Source: Candidatus Caccoplasma sp.
GTDB taxonomy: Bacteria; Bacteroidota; Bacteroidia; Bacteroidales; G3-4614
Reading direction: 5' to 3'
Assembly: GCA_045587545.1 (NCBI GenBank)
Contig: JAZNCN010000026.1
Location: forward strand, 6,295 to 70,294
Length of the DNA: 64,000 bases
Under the pieces are notes generated by a model that saw only the letters and a program-made list of their open reading frames with translations, did no database searches and was not told the DNA's origin. Shown here piece by piece: positions 18,469 through 27,458 of the stretch (position 1 is the stretch's first letter; each line of letters starts with the position of its first letter). The translations under genes were made by a program, and so were the position numbers.

Positions 18469-19923
18469 TTATTTAGAAGTAAACTTCTCTTTTATTAGCC
18501 GTTTTGTTAGATTAATCAAATTTTTAAAGTTTTTTTGTCTCCAAAATATTAACAATCCAAAAGAAATTCCAGCAATATTGACAAGCACCAAACGCAATAT
18601 TACAGTGTGGTCTTGCATCAAAAATGCGACCAACGCCATTACTGCTATAATCAGCGCAAATCTAAAAAATATAGGCAATGTATCTTTAAATTGTTCGCCT
18701 ACACTATAATTTATTGGTTTTCCACAAAAATAGAGGTTTAAAAATAGTAAAACAATGGAGTATATGGTTAATCCTGAAACAAAAACATAGATATTATACC
18801 TTAGCGTTATAAATAGGATTATTATCATTATACTTCTACGGGCAATTTCTAACCATAGCACTGTTTTTGAATCACCCTTTACCATTAATATATTTTGATT
18901 AATAGAATGAAGAGGAAATAATATTCCATTTATACCCATAAGAATAAAAAATGTTCCTGAAGTACGCCAAACCTTACTTCCCATAAACAGTTCAAACATA
19001 TCTTGTGCACACCCTATTAATAACGACATTATAAATCCTACAAAGATTATAGTTATTGATATAATCTCTTTGTATGCTTTTTTTATATCTCCTGTCTCAT
19101 TATTTATTCTTGAAAGAATAGGATATGACACTGATTGTATAACTTGTGTGGTTGTTTGAGATGCCAAATTTTTTATTCTATCAGCTTGTGAAAAAAAGCC
19201 TAAATCTGTTGTGGAGTAACTTCTTCCTATGATAAGAGTATATATATTATTGAATATTGTACCTATCAATGTTGATAAAAGCAGATTTTTTGAGAATTTA
19301 AAATACTTTTTAAAAGATGTTACAGAGAACTTTAAAAGAGGCACAAAATCGGTTGTTATCCACAACAGAAGAGCCTTAAATGCATATGTCAAAATATTCT
19401 GTGATACCAATGCCCAAACATTGCGATATTTATATGCAATGAAAACAGATATTATACTTGATAGAAGAATTGATATTAATGCTATCAAACATATTTTTTT
19501 AAAACGTATTTCGCGTTGTAATTTTGAATATTGTACTATCGTTAAAGCATTTATCGGCAATACAAGGAATGTAACTTTACATACATCTATTAGCTGAGGC
19601 TCTTTATAAAATTGAGCAATCAAACCCGAAGAATAGAATAGTAGAACATACAATATTAGCGAGACTACAAGATTAAAATATAGTATTGTAGAATAATCTA
19701 TTCTTGTTACCTCTTTTTCTCTTATAATTGCCTGAGAAAAACCTGATTCAATAAAAACATTAGCCAATGTTGTAAAAACAATAACCATTCCGATTATTCC
19801 ATAATCAGATGGTGTAAGAAAACGGGCAAAAATAAAAGTACTTAATAATTGTATGCCTGATACAGAAACAAGTTCAAGATATTTCCACAACGCATTATTT
19901 GCCAATTGTTTTCCTCGACTCAT
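18469..19923 (-). CDS. wzx: Polysaccharide flippase (Wzx / MOP superfamily)
   Basis: 484 aa with about 12-14 predicted TM segments. The N-terminus NNALWKYLELVSVSGIQLLSTFIFARFLTPSDYGIIG is typical of O-unit flippases. Confidence 0.8.
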   Translation of the reverse strand: MSRGKQLANNALWKYLELVSVSGIQLLSTFIFARFLTPSDYGIIGMVIVFTTLANVFIESGFSQAIIREKEVTRIDYSTILYFNLVVSLILYVLLFYSSGLIAQFYKEPQLIDVCKVTFLVLPINALTIVQYSKLQREIRFKKICLIALISILLSSIISVFIAYKYRNVWALVSQNILTYAFKALLLWITTDFVPLLKFSVTSFKKYFKFSKNLLLSTLIGTIFNNIYTLIIGRSYSTTDLGFFSQADRIKNLASQTTTQVIQSVSYPILSRINNETGDIKKAYKEIISITIIFVGFIMSLLIGCAQDMFELFMGSKVWRTSGTFFILMGINGILFPLHSINQNILMVKGDSKTVLWLEIARRSIMIIILFITLRYNIYVFVSGLTIYSIVLLFLNLYFCGKPINYSVGEQFKDTLPIFFRFALIIAVMALVAFLMQDHTVILRLVLVNIAGISFGLLIFWRQKNFKNLINLTKRLIKEKFTSK

Positions 19924-19928
19924 ATTTA

Positions 19929-20717
19929 CTATTCATTAAATAATTTTGCTATTCTTTGTTCTTCATCAGGGAACCAACTATTACCCATAGTAATATGTTT
20001 TTTTATTAATGTTGCAGGATTACCACTTATTAAGAGATTATCGCCATGCTCTGAATAGTCTCCACTTACTTTTGATACGCACGAAACAACCGAACCATTG
20101 GGGATTACTGTTCCTTTACCTATTGTACATCGGTTTCCAACGAATACACTATCACCTATAACAATAGGTTTTATTCGTTGATAATATTTATCTTTTTCAA
20201 TATTATATAAAAAATGGAAATCTGTATCAAACATTTGTCCCTCCCAAGACATTCTAAAGTCATCACCAATTGTAATTGATTTATAACAGAATACCTTAGT
20301 ATAAAATCCGAAAATTACTCGTTTCCCAACACTCAAACAGGCCTTAGGTGCTATATACATTTTTACACCCGGATGGATTTTCAGATTACCTTTTATTTTA
20401 AAAGTACCTCTATTTGTGAAATAGATAGGAAGACAATTAGATTCATAATCGGGTATCCTTATCACTCCTATAGAGACCATACCCAAATGGACGGAATCGG
20501 TTAATTGAATATTACCAACTCTATTAATTTTCACATTATACGATATTACAATTGGTAATTTTATTGCCTGTTTAAATGGCAGTGCTTTAAAATTAAACCA
20601 TATAGTTTTTAGCCAATTGATATGCCAAAAATATATTTTTACAAATCTTAAAGAGTATAGTTCGTCATAAGAGAACTTACTCTTTATATTGTTCTTTATA
20701 TTTTTTATAAAGTTCAT
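19929..20717 (-). CDS. Hexapeptide-repeat acyltransferase-like protein with N-terminal extension
   Basis: 262 aa with C-terminal LbH repeats (VIGDSVFVGNRCTIGKGTVIPNGSVVS). The N-terminal segment (WFNFKALPFKQAIKLPIV) is common in Bacteroides capsule-locus acyltransferases, recalled from memory. Confidence 0.6.
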   Translation of the reverse strand: MNFIKNIKNNIKSKFSYDELYSLRFVKIYFWHINWLKTIWFNFKALPFKQAIKLPIVISYNVKINRVGNIQLTDSVHLGMVSIGVIRIPDYESNCLPIYFTNRGTFKIKGNLKIHPGVKMYIAPKACLSVGKRVIFGFYTKVFCYKSITIGDDFRMSWEGQMFDTDFHFLYNIEKDKYYQRIKPIVIGDSVFVGNRCTIGKGTVIPNGSVVSCVSKVSGDYSEHGDNLLISGNPATLIKKHITMGNSWFPDEEQRIAKLFNE

Positions 20718-20912
20718 TTTTATTTAAAATTTAGTTTATACTATTTAATCTCCAAGTAACAACTTAGATAACATTTTCTTTTTCTCTACTAATTTTGCGA
20801 ACCAATATATTATAAACATTTGTAACATGGCAAAAATAATAGATGCAACATCTAAGAGATAGGGATTTGTAATATTATAGTCAATAAAACATACCACTTA
20901 TAAGATGATAGT

Positions 20913-22385
20913 TTACTTTTTATTTAAATTCAACAATTCACCACTTTTACGTACACCTATTTGTACTCCCCAATTATCGCCAAAGAGCGTACCTTTATCA
21001 AATGCTCCTGCAACGGAGAAGTTCCACCCTTTTGTTTTATTGTGAGTATAGTTTAACTGCAACATTGCAGAAAATTGATGTTTAATATTTATTGACGGAG
21101 CGTAAGATGTTCCCCAACCTCGTTGATGCGATGCGAGAATTTTATATTTAAGGCCATCAATGATTGTACCATCAATACCTCCGTGAAAAGCTCGTGTTAT
21201 ATTGTTGGTAAATCCTAAATAGCCATCTTTGTTATATAATGGAGATGTTATAAAAGGTGTTCCCATTGTATGTCCGCGATGTGTCCAACCATTATAAACT
21301 ACATGTGCATAGTAGTTATCTCCTGCACTAACCTGCTCAGGTATCTCTGATGTTTTATCCCAAAGAAACGGTCCACTTTGGTTTGTGGCATTCATGACTT
21401 CAAAGGTAATCCCTTCAATAAAGAATTTTTTGTCTGTCCTAAACAATAATCCCCAAAGTCCATCGCATTTATTACGGAATATCATGCCCGAGTGGTCATC
21501 AAAGAAATGTTCATAATATGCCTTTAATTCCCAATCCTTTTTCTTGTAGCCTAAAGAGAGTATATATATACCCAAATGATTACCCGATACGTTTACTTGG
21601 TCAATCTCGGGAGAATCTTCTCCACCCGATAGCGGTACAAAGACTTTAAAATACTCTTTTATTCCAGACGGAAATTTTACAGTTTGATTACCCCTATAAT
21701 CATATATGGTTCCGCCAAATTGAGTAGCCATATCAATACCAATTATACCATATAGAGGTTTTAATTCATTTCCTATTTTAAATATCAAATTTTTTCGATG
21801 ATATAGTACATTTTTACTATACTGCATACCTTCCGTCTTGAAATCTTTTTGATATTTATAGTCAACAAACCAACCATATGAAATACCTCCACGTACATGC
21901 AACCACCCCTTTGTACCCGGCACTTTGGTAAATTGCGGAAGCCCGATATATATTTGGGGTATGGGGTGCGCATTACCACTATTTATCATACCTCCACTAC
22001 TCAACTCTGTATCCCAAAGCATTGTTTTCTCCTCTCTTGCTCCTGCAAATATGCTCCAATTCTTTAACTTGGCGTCAAAGTATGCTTGTTGAAGATATAT
22101 AGGGGCTTCGTTACGATATGCACCCACAACTTCTAAACCAAAAGAGTATGAAAATTTCTTATCATCTGCCACCTCTTTAAAGAGTCCTAAACGTAAATAT
22201 CCGCTATTGTTTTGGTCAGACATTACACCGTTGGTATTGTTCATTAACCAAAACGGTGTATAATCCCCTCCTCCGCTTATAACGTTTGCTTCTGCTTTGT
22301 ATGAGAGGTTAAAATCTTTTGCTGACGCTGTAAATATTACCACGAGCGTCATTGTTACTAATAAAATTATACGCTTCATAATCAA
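20913..22385 (-). CDS. Outer-membrane beta-barrel, Wzi-like capsule assembly family (tentative)
   Basis: 490 aa with a signal peptide ending ASA/KD and a long amphipathic beta-strand pattern. TPFWLMNNTNG and NYYAHVVYNGWTHRGHTMGTPF resemble the Wzi family as I recall it. Not searched. Confidence 0.55.
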   Translation of the reverse strand: MIMKRIILLVTMTLVVIFTASAKDFNLSYKAEANVISGGGDYTPFWLMNNTNGVMSDQNNSGYLRLGLFKEVADDKKFSYSFGLEVVGAYRNEAPIYLQQAYFDAKLKNWSIFAGAREEKTMLWDTELSSGGMINSGNAHPIPQIYIGLPQFTKVPGTKGWLHVRGGISYGWFVDYKYQKDFKTEGMQYSKNVLYHRKNLIFKIGNELKPLYGIIGIDMATQFGGTIYDYRGNQTVKFPSGIKEYFKVFVPLSGGEDSPEIDQVNVSGNHLGIYILSLGYKKKDWELKAYYEHFFDDHSGMIFRNKCDGLWGLLFRTDKKFFIEGITFEVMNATNQSGPFLWDKTSEIPEQVSAGDNYYAHVVYNGWTHRGHTMGTPFITSPLYNKDGYLGFTNNITRAFHGGIDGTIIDGLKYKILASHQRGWGTSYAPSINIKHQFSAMLQLNYTHNKTKGWNFSVAGAFDKGTLFGDNWGVQIGVRKSGELLNLNKK

Positions 22386-22789
22386 TAATATTTACGGAAT
22401 GAATATATGGTGTCGTTAACCGATAATCTTAACGATTTAGAGGTCAGCTCTCTTATTTCAAATTTACGTTCCGGGGTATTCCAATCTAAAAATCTATTCT
22501 GCGATGCTATATCAAAAAATTTATTGGGAACAGATATTTTTATTTTATTCTCTTCCAAAAGGTAGTTCGCATATATCTGCTCGGCATAATGTGGAGTTGA
22601 TGCTTGTAAAGTTTGTATTTCGCACACTCCGCTATCAAAACTCCAAAACAGAGAGTCTGATTGAACGCTATGACGTGGCGACTCTATTGTGGTGCCTTGC
22701 CAACGCCCCTCTATCTTTGCTTCATCATCTTTTGAGCAAGAGAGAAGCAATACTAATAAAGACAGAAATAATATATATCTTAATTTCAT
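22382..22789 (-). CDS. Small lipoprotein (possibly lipocalin-like), function unknown
   Basis: 135 aa with the lipobox LLLSCSKDD. Its stop overlaps the Wzi-like start in ATGA, indicating translational coupling. Confidence 0.5.
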   Translation of the reverse strand: MKLRYILFLSLLVLLLSCSKDDEAKIEGRWQGTTIESPRHSVQSDSLFWSFDSGVCEIQTLQASTPHYAEQIYANYLLEENKIKISVPNKFFDIASQNRFLDWNTPERKFEIRELTSKSLRLSVNDTIYSFRKYY

Positions 22790-22803
22790 ATTATAGATTA
22801 ATC

Positions 22804-23844
22804 TTACGATACTATTTTTTTATATTCATTTATATAATTTATTGCTGTTTGTGTTACCGAGTAGTTTTCTTCAACTCGTTTATATGCTGCTTCAATCAAA
22901 TTATTGTCAACACCCTGCTCTATAATATTTATAATCTTATCGGCACAATCTTTTGCATCTCCATTTTTAAAATAGTAACCATACTTCCCATTATCTATTA
23001 TCTCCAATGGTCCTTGATTCTCCGATACTAATACAGGTATTTTTGCAGCCATTGCCTCGGCTACCGTAAGCCCAAATCCCTCATAAATTGAAGGCTGAAC
23101 AAACAAATCATATTCACAAAGATGTTCAAAAATATATTTTTGTGATTTTGTCCCTAAAAGTTTAACATTATCTTCTAATCCAAACTCTTTTGTCAGATTA
23201 TATAAATAATCAAAAGAATGGCCATCACCTATAAAATCGGCAGAAACATTATAGCCCTTTTCTTTAACTAATTTTATTGCCTCAATAAGAATATGCTGTC
23301 CCTTTATTTCATGATTTAAAGTGCTAACTTGAACAATCCTAAGTTTATCTGACTTATTGCCCTTTTTAAGATTATCTATCTTATGAACATTAATACCATT
23401 AATTATGACTTTAGAGTTTAATTTATACTCTTCTTTAACATACTCTTTTACTGTATTTGATATTGAATATATGTTAGAATAATAGTGCAGGTAGTTATCT
23501 TCTTTAACATCATGCTTGGTTAGACATAACTTGCAAAAACATCTTTTTAAAATGAAATATCTTATTATAGAAGAGGTATGTACATGTATTATATCTGCTT
23601 TTAACTTGTATAACTTATAATTGAACTTTAAAACATAGTATGGGTTCTTTGAACCTATAGGACGACCTAAGCAGTAAAATTTAACTCTATCATCTATTGT
23701 TTCACGTAAAGCATCATTAATATGATTATTTATACATAGTATAGAGACATTATAGCCCATTGAAACTTGCTTGTTTGCTATATTAACAAGCATAGTTTCA
23801 ATACCGCCAAACTCCAAACTATATACTATATGAACAATTTTCAT
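22804..23844 (-). CDS. Glycosyltransferase family 4 (GT-B)
   Basis: 346 aa. The EX7E region is QPSIYEGFGLTVAEAMAAKIPVLVS. Confidence 0.85.
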   Translation of the reverse strand: MKIVHIVYSLEFGGIETMLVNIANKQVSMGYNVSILCINNHINDALRETIDDRVKFYCLGRPIGSKNPYYVLKFNYKLYKLKADIIHVHTSSIIRYFILKRCFCKLCLTKHDVKEDNYLHYYSNIYSISNTVKEYVKEEYKLNSKVIINGINVHKIDNLKKGNKSDKLRIVQVSTLNHEIKGQHILIEAIKLVKEKGYNVSADFIGDGHSFDYLYNLTKEFGLEDNVKLLGTKSQKYIFEHLCEYDLFVQPSIYEGFGLTVAEAMAAKIPVLVSENQGPLEIIDNGKYGYYFKNGDAKDCADKIINIIEQGVDNNLIEAAYKRVEENYSVTQTAINYINEYKKIVS

Positions 23845-23846
23845 AT

Positions 23847-24632
23847 CTACTTTATTCTAAATATTGCCTTTACAATATCGGTAAGAGCAAATCTTATCTG
23901 CCAATAATATGTGGTAAGTATTGATAAATTATAAAACTTGGCTCCATGAAGATATAATCTCTCTCTAATATTTTTAATAAACTTAGTTCGTCCTGTTGCA
24001 GATTTTGCCTCTTCCCATTTTCTGAATTTTGCTAAAGGTTTATCATCAATAGAATATAAATTACCATACTTTAAGAGGTTTAGAAAAAGATCTAAATCCA
24101 TACAATAGAATATGCTCTCATCTAAATAATCAATCTTCACAAGTATATCTTTTCGGTAAAAAGAGCCGGGTTGCGAAACATCATAATTTCTTTTAAGCAG
24201 ACGGTTCCTACTTTTGATATTGTTTATATAATAATTTAAATGATTGTTTTTTGCATCAATTACGTCTATTGTTGAACCATAATATATGGCTCCTTCCGGA
24301 TTCTGTTTATATAGTTTCACTATCTCCTCAACGCAATATGGATAGAGCATATCATCAGAGTTTATCCAACCTACCAACTCGCCTTTTGCTAACTTGAAAC
24401 CTTTATTTATGGCATCGGTTTGACCTTTATCTCGTTCGCTAATTACAATATCAATCTTATCGCGATAACGCTCAACAATCTCCATTGTATTATCTGTTGA
24501 GGCTCCATCAACTACAATATATTGTATATTCTTATATGTTTGATTAAGTACACTTGTTATTGTATCCTCAATAAATTGTCCTTGATTATATGAGGGAGTT
24601 ACAATGGTTACCAATATATCCTCTTTTCCCAT
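23847..24632 (-). CDS. Glycosyltransferase family 2
   Basis: 261 aa. The N-terminus VTIVTPSYNQGQFIEDTITSVLNQTY...YIVVDGASTDNT and the downstream DD motif (NSDD) are typical of GT2. Confidence 0.9.
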   Translation of the reverse strand: MGKEDILVTIVTPSYNQGQFIEDTITSVLNQTYKNIQYIVVDGASTDNTMEIVERYRDKIDIVISERDKGQTDAINKGFKLAKGELVGWINSDDMLYPYCVEEIVKLYKQNPEGAIYYGSTIDVIDAKNNHLNYYINNIKSRNRLLKRNYDVSQPGSFYRKDILVKIDYLDESIFYCMDLDLFLNLLKYGNLYSIDDKPLAKFRKWEEAKSATGRTKFIKNIRERLYLHGAKFYNLSILTTYYWQIRFALTDIVKAIFRIK

Positions 24633-24725
24633 ATTCTTCTATTATAATAAAATTATTATTGCCACCACAAACTTAATTATACCAATTATTGATTTTTATA
24701 TATACACTTATTCGTATTATATACA

Positions 24726-26048
24726 CTAATTATTTAAAACTTTCTTATCTATTTCATTCTTTTGCGACAAGACATAGACTAATAAAATAAAAGTTATTGT
24801 TGGCATATCCAATATTCTTACTCCAGTAAATGTTAATATCAAGAATAGACACATTGCTAAAAATATTGATTTTGCAATAGGATTATTGTATCTCTTATTA
24901 AAAAATCGCATTAACAAAAAGTAGTATATTAAATATATCACTGTCCCTATTACTCCAAAACGTATTACAAATATTGACCACGCAATATCTGATGTATCCA
25001 CTTGATTTACAAAGCCCGTATCATCATTTTCAAGCCCAACTATAAAATCAAAGCTGTTCATTGTATAATCAGAGCCTTCAGACATAAATCCCAAGCCAAA
25101 GAGCATTGTAATCCAATCTTCAGACGCATAATATAGACGCTCTAAAAAATGTAATACTCTAAATGTAAATGTTGCCTCGCCCAACTCTCCCGGGACAAAA
25201 TCTTCCGGTTCAATATCAACTGAGCCAATAATATCCTGTGCTATTTGGGTATCAAGGAGATTACCTTGTATTGTTCCTAAGAAAGGTATTAATGCAACAA
25301 ATATCACAATTAGAATAGGATATATCTTTTTTATTTTTTCTCTAAAATGATTATAAAGGAGAACCATTATAAATGCCAATAATAAACTTCTGTGCATACA
25401 CAAAAATATTGGCAATACCAATATTGAGAAATATACTAATTTCTGTTTTTTTGTAAATTCTGGATTATATAAAGCGAATAAGAAGAAAAAGTTATGATAT
25501 ATTGGCGTATTATAAAAGCGTGCTATTTTGAACATTCCAAAGAGGGCTGTTTTTCCCTCAGTATAATAGCCCTGTAATATAGGCATATCCAACATAGGTT
25601 GCAAAGAGTAAAGAATGCTCAAAAAAAGAGTTATTTTAAAAAGAAATTTTACTACGTTTTGTAGTTCTTCTTTTGAGAGTGTATAAAAGAGTATTGGTGT
25701 TAATAACAAAAAGTACTCTCGTGTATTTTTTACAACCTCTACAATTGGAATATGGTGTATAAAAATGCTTACTCCCGCTGCAAAAGCAATAAATGAGAGA
25801 AATATCAGAGTAAATTTAGGTAATACTTCAATAAGTTCTTTTCGTTTGCCAGATAAATACTCCATTGCTATAACTCCAAATAGATAGAGTATTGCATAAT
25901 CGGTTGGTTTTATTGAAACAGGCCAAGCAAAAGCCTCATCGGGGATTAGTTGAAAGCCTCCTGTAATGAAGAAAAAAAAGGTAATAAGAGATAACTCTTT
26001 TTTTCCTTTCTTAAACCACCATAGAGCTAACAACAGAAATATAAACAT
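24726..26048 (-). CDS. wzy: O-antigen polymerase / ligase-like polytopic membrane protein (Wzy-type)
   Basis: 440 aa, very hydrophobic with about 10-12 TM segments and one larger loop, located in a Wzx/Wzz context. Assigned by topology and context only. Confidence 0.6.
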   Translation of the reverse strand: MFIFLLLALWWFKKGKKELSLITFFFFITGGFQLIPDEAFAWPVSIKPTDYAILYLFGVIAMEYLSGKRKELIEVLPKFTLIFLSFIAFAAGVSIFIHHIPIVEVVKNTREYFLLLTPILFYTLSKEELQNVVKFLFKITLFLSILYSLQPMLDMPILQGYYTEGKTALFGMFKIARFYNTPIYHNFFFLFALYNPEFTKKQKLVYFSILVLPIFLCMHRSLLLAFIMVLLYNHFREKIKKIYPILIVIFVALIPFLGTIQGNLLDTQIAQDIIGSVDIEPEDFVPGELGEATFTFRVLHFLERLYYASEDWITMLFGLGFMSEGSDYTMNSFDFIVGLENDDTGFVNQVDTSDIAWSIFVIRFGVIGTVIYLIYYFLLMRFFNKRYNNPIAKSIFLAMCLFLILTFTGVRILDMPTITFILLVYVLSQKNEIDKKVLNN

Positions 26049-26060
26049 AATCCTCTATTC

Positions 26061-26091
26061 AAAAAAAAATGTTAACCTTTCTAAGGTTAAC
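26061..26091 (-). terminator. Intrinsic terminator-like hairpin immediately upstream of wzy
   Basis: On the minus strand GTTAACCTT / AAGGTTAAC forms 9 bp (26071-79 / 26083-91). It is followed by a T9 run (A-run 26061-26069 on plus) ending 12 nt before the wzy ATG. Confidence 0.6.
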
Positions 26092-26132
26092 GGAACAAAT
26101 ACCATATTTATTGTAATTGTGAAAAATTATTT

Positions 26133-26170
26133 ATACAAAAAAAATAGAGAAAGTTAACTTTCTCTATTTT
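26133..26170 (-). terminator. Rho-independent terminator after wzz
   Basis: Perfect 30-nt palindrome AAAATAGAGAAAGTT/AACTTTCTCTATTTT at 26141-26170. The minus strand continues into a T-rich tract, 11 nt downstream of the wzz stop. Confidence 0.75.
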
Positions 26171-26180
26171 TCATATCCTA

Positions 26181-27311
26181 TTAATTAGTTAAATTAGACT
26201 CTTTTGTACTGTTTTTAAACTCTTTATATTTGTTTTTTACAACTACCCAAAACTCCTTTCCAAAGAGATACCATGCTATTATGAGAGCAACTCCCAAGAA
26301 AGTTAAAACTAACACTGTTGTTGTTTTACTTGTCCCTGATGCTTCGTATGGGAAAATTGATGGTTGCACTACTACAAAAGCGGGTTTTGCCTCTTGTATC
26401 TTTGCTCTTGCCATTTGTAGTTGAGTTGCCACATTACTATATATTTGATATGCCAAAAGAGCCTCGTTCTCCAAACGTTCTTCTTCAGCCTTTACACTCT
26501 GTAACACTATATTTTTATTGGCATCTACATATCGGGCATACTCGTTTTGTTTATTAAAATAGTCCTCCTTACTCTCTTTATATATCTCCTCCCAATAGCG
26601 ACAATCATCAACAGCTTTTGCCAATCGGTATTCGGTAATCTTCTCCTGTAATTTTTCTATTAAAGTATCAGCGACCATTGCTGTTACCATCTGATCATTA
26701 AAAGTTACCATTATTGTTGAGACACTCGTTTTTTTATCAACTGCCACCTCAAAAGACTCTCTCAAAATAGAGACAAGCCCGTTTTTTTCCTCAGTCAAAT
26801 ATGTTGTTTTACCTCCTTCCCCTAAAACGATAGGATCCTTAAACATATCTGTTACCATTTTTTTGGCTCTGTATGGCAAGCCTTTTACTTTTTGAAGAAA
26901 TGTAAATTGACTTATTATATAGGCTTGAAGTGTTGTATCCATCTTTCCGTTGGCTGTTCTTACTCGAGTATCAAGCATATCAACCAAGAATGGTGTTGAA
27001 GCAACTATATTTGGATAGAGTTGTGCTGTCAGAGCATCAGCATCTTCACCTACATTAAAACCTCCTACTCCAAGCATTGAGGCTACTCCTGACAACATTC
27101 CCTCTCCATTTTGTCCTGCCTCGGGAGCTAAGGTAACTGTTACTGTGTATTCCTTGGGTATTAAAAAAGAGATTAAAACTGCCAATACAAATATTATACA
27201 ACTTATTTTTATAAGTTTTTCCCGATATGGCCAAAGTTGTTTTATATATTTTTTTAAATCTAATGAATCTTCTTTCTTATTCTCTTTAGAGTCTTCAATA
27301 TTCTCGCTCAT
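26181..27311 (-). CDS. wzz: Polysaccharide chain-length determinant (Wzz-type, no kinase domain)
   Basis: 376 aa with an N-terminal TM after LDLKKYIKQLW, a long coiled-coil periplasmic region, and a C-terminal TM (VLVLTFLGVALIIAWYLF). Confidence 0.75.
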   Translation of the reverse strand: MSENIEDSKENKKEDSLDLKKYIKQLWPYREKLIKISCIIFVLAVLISFLIPKEYTVTVTLAPEAGQNGEGMLSGVASMLGVGGFNVGEDADALTAQLYPNIVASTPFLVDMLDTRVRTANGKMDTTLQAYIISQFTFLQKVKGLPYRAKKMVTDMFKDPIVLGEGGKTTYLTEEKNGLVSILRESFEVAVDKKTSVSTIMVTFNDQMVTAMVADTLIEKLQEKITEYRLAKAVDDCRYWEEIYKESKEDYFNKQNEYARYVDANKNIVLQSVKAEEERLENEALLAYQIYSNVATQLQMARAKIQEAKPAFVVVQPSIFPYEASGTSKTTTVLVLTFLGVALIIAWYLFGKEFWVVVKNKYKEFKNSTKESNLTN

Positions 27312-27338
27312 AATTTACTACAATTAATTAATTCAATA

Positions 27339-27346
27339 CAAAAGTA
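27339..27346 (-). promoter_or_regulatory. -7-type promoter box (TACTTTTG on minus strand) upstream of wzz
   Basis: The reverse complement of CAAAAGTA matches TAnnTTTG, 28 nt before the wzz ATG. Confidence 0.45.
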
Positions 27347-27410
27347 ACATAATTTATTTATAAAAATGTGAGTTATTATAAGATTTTCTCGTTTTTTGTT
27401 TTTTTAGTGC

Positions 27411-27418
27411 TATATTTG
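27411..27418 (+). promoter_or_regulatory. -7-type promoter box TATATTTG
   Basis: Matches TAnnTTTG, 41 nt before the ATG at 27459, in the divergent spacer shared with wzz. Confidence 0.45.
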
Positions 27419-27458
27419 CAACTATTATTAACCTAAACATATTTAAACAGAGATTGCA

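Noticed and set aside
20790-20797. Plus-strand TAATTTTG box as a real antisense promoter
   Set aside because: TAnnTTTG is expected many times by chance in 64 kb of AT-rich DNA, and there is no -33 TTTG at consensus spacing. It is kept only as a remark under the 20718-20912 finding.
22504-23031. 175-aa plus-strand ORF spanning the lipoprotein gene and the end of a GT4 gene
   Set aside because: It overlaps two well-supported minus-strand genes and the spacer between them. The product is Ile/Tyr/Leu/Phe-rich translation of AT-rich DNA, with no signal or motif.
25966-26157. 63-aa plus-strand ORF across the wzy start and the wzz-wzy spacer
   Set aside because: The product is Lys/Asn-rich translation of an A-rich spacer. 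It overlaps the wzy start codon and both terminator hairpins, and has no supporting features.
27312-27458. Invertible (phase-variable) promoter in front of the polysaccharide locus, as at Bacteroides capsule loci
   Set aside because: The 147-nt spacer has no flanking inverted repeats of useful length, only AT palindromes such as AATTAATTAATT. No recombinase gene is nearby.
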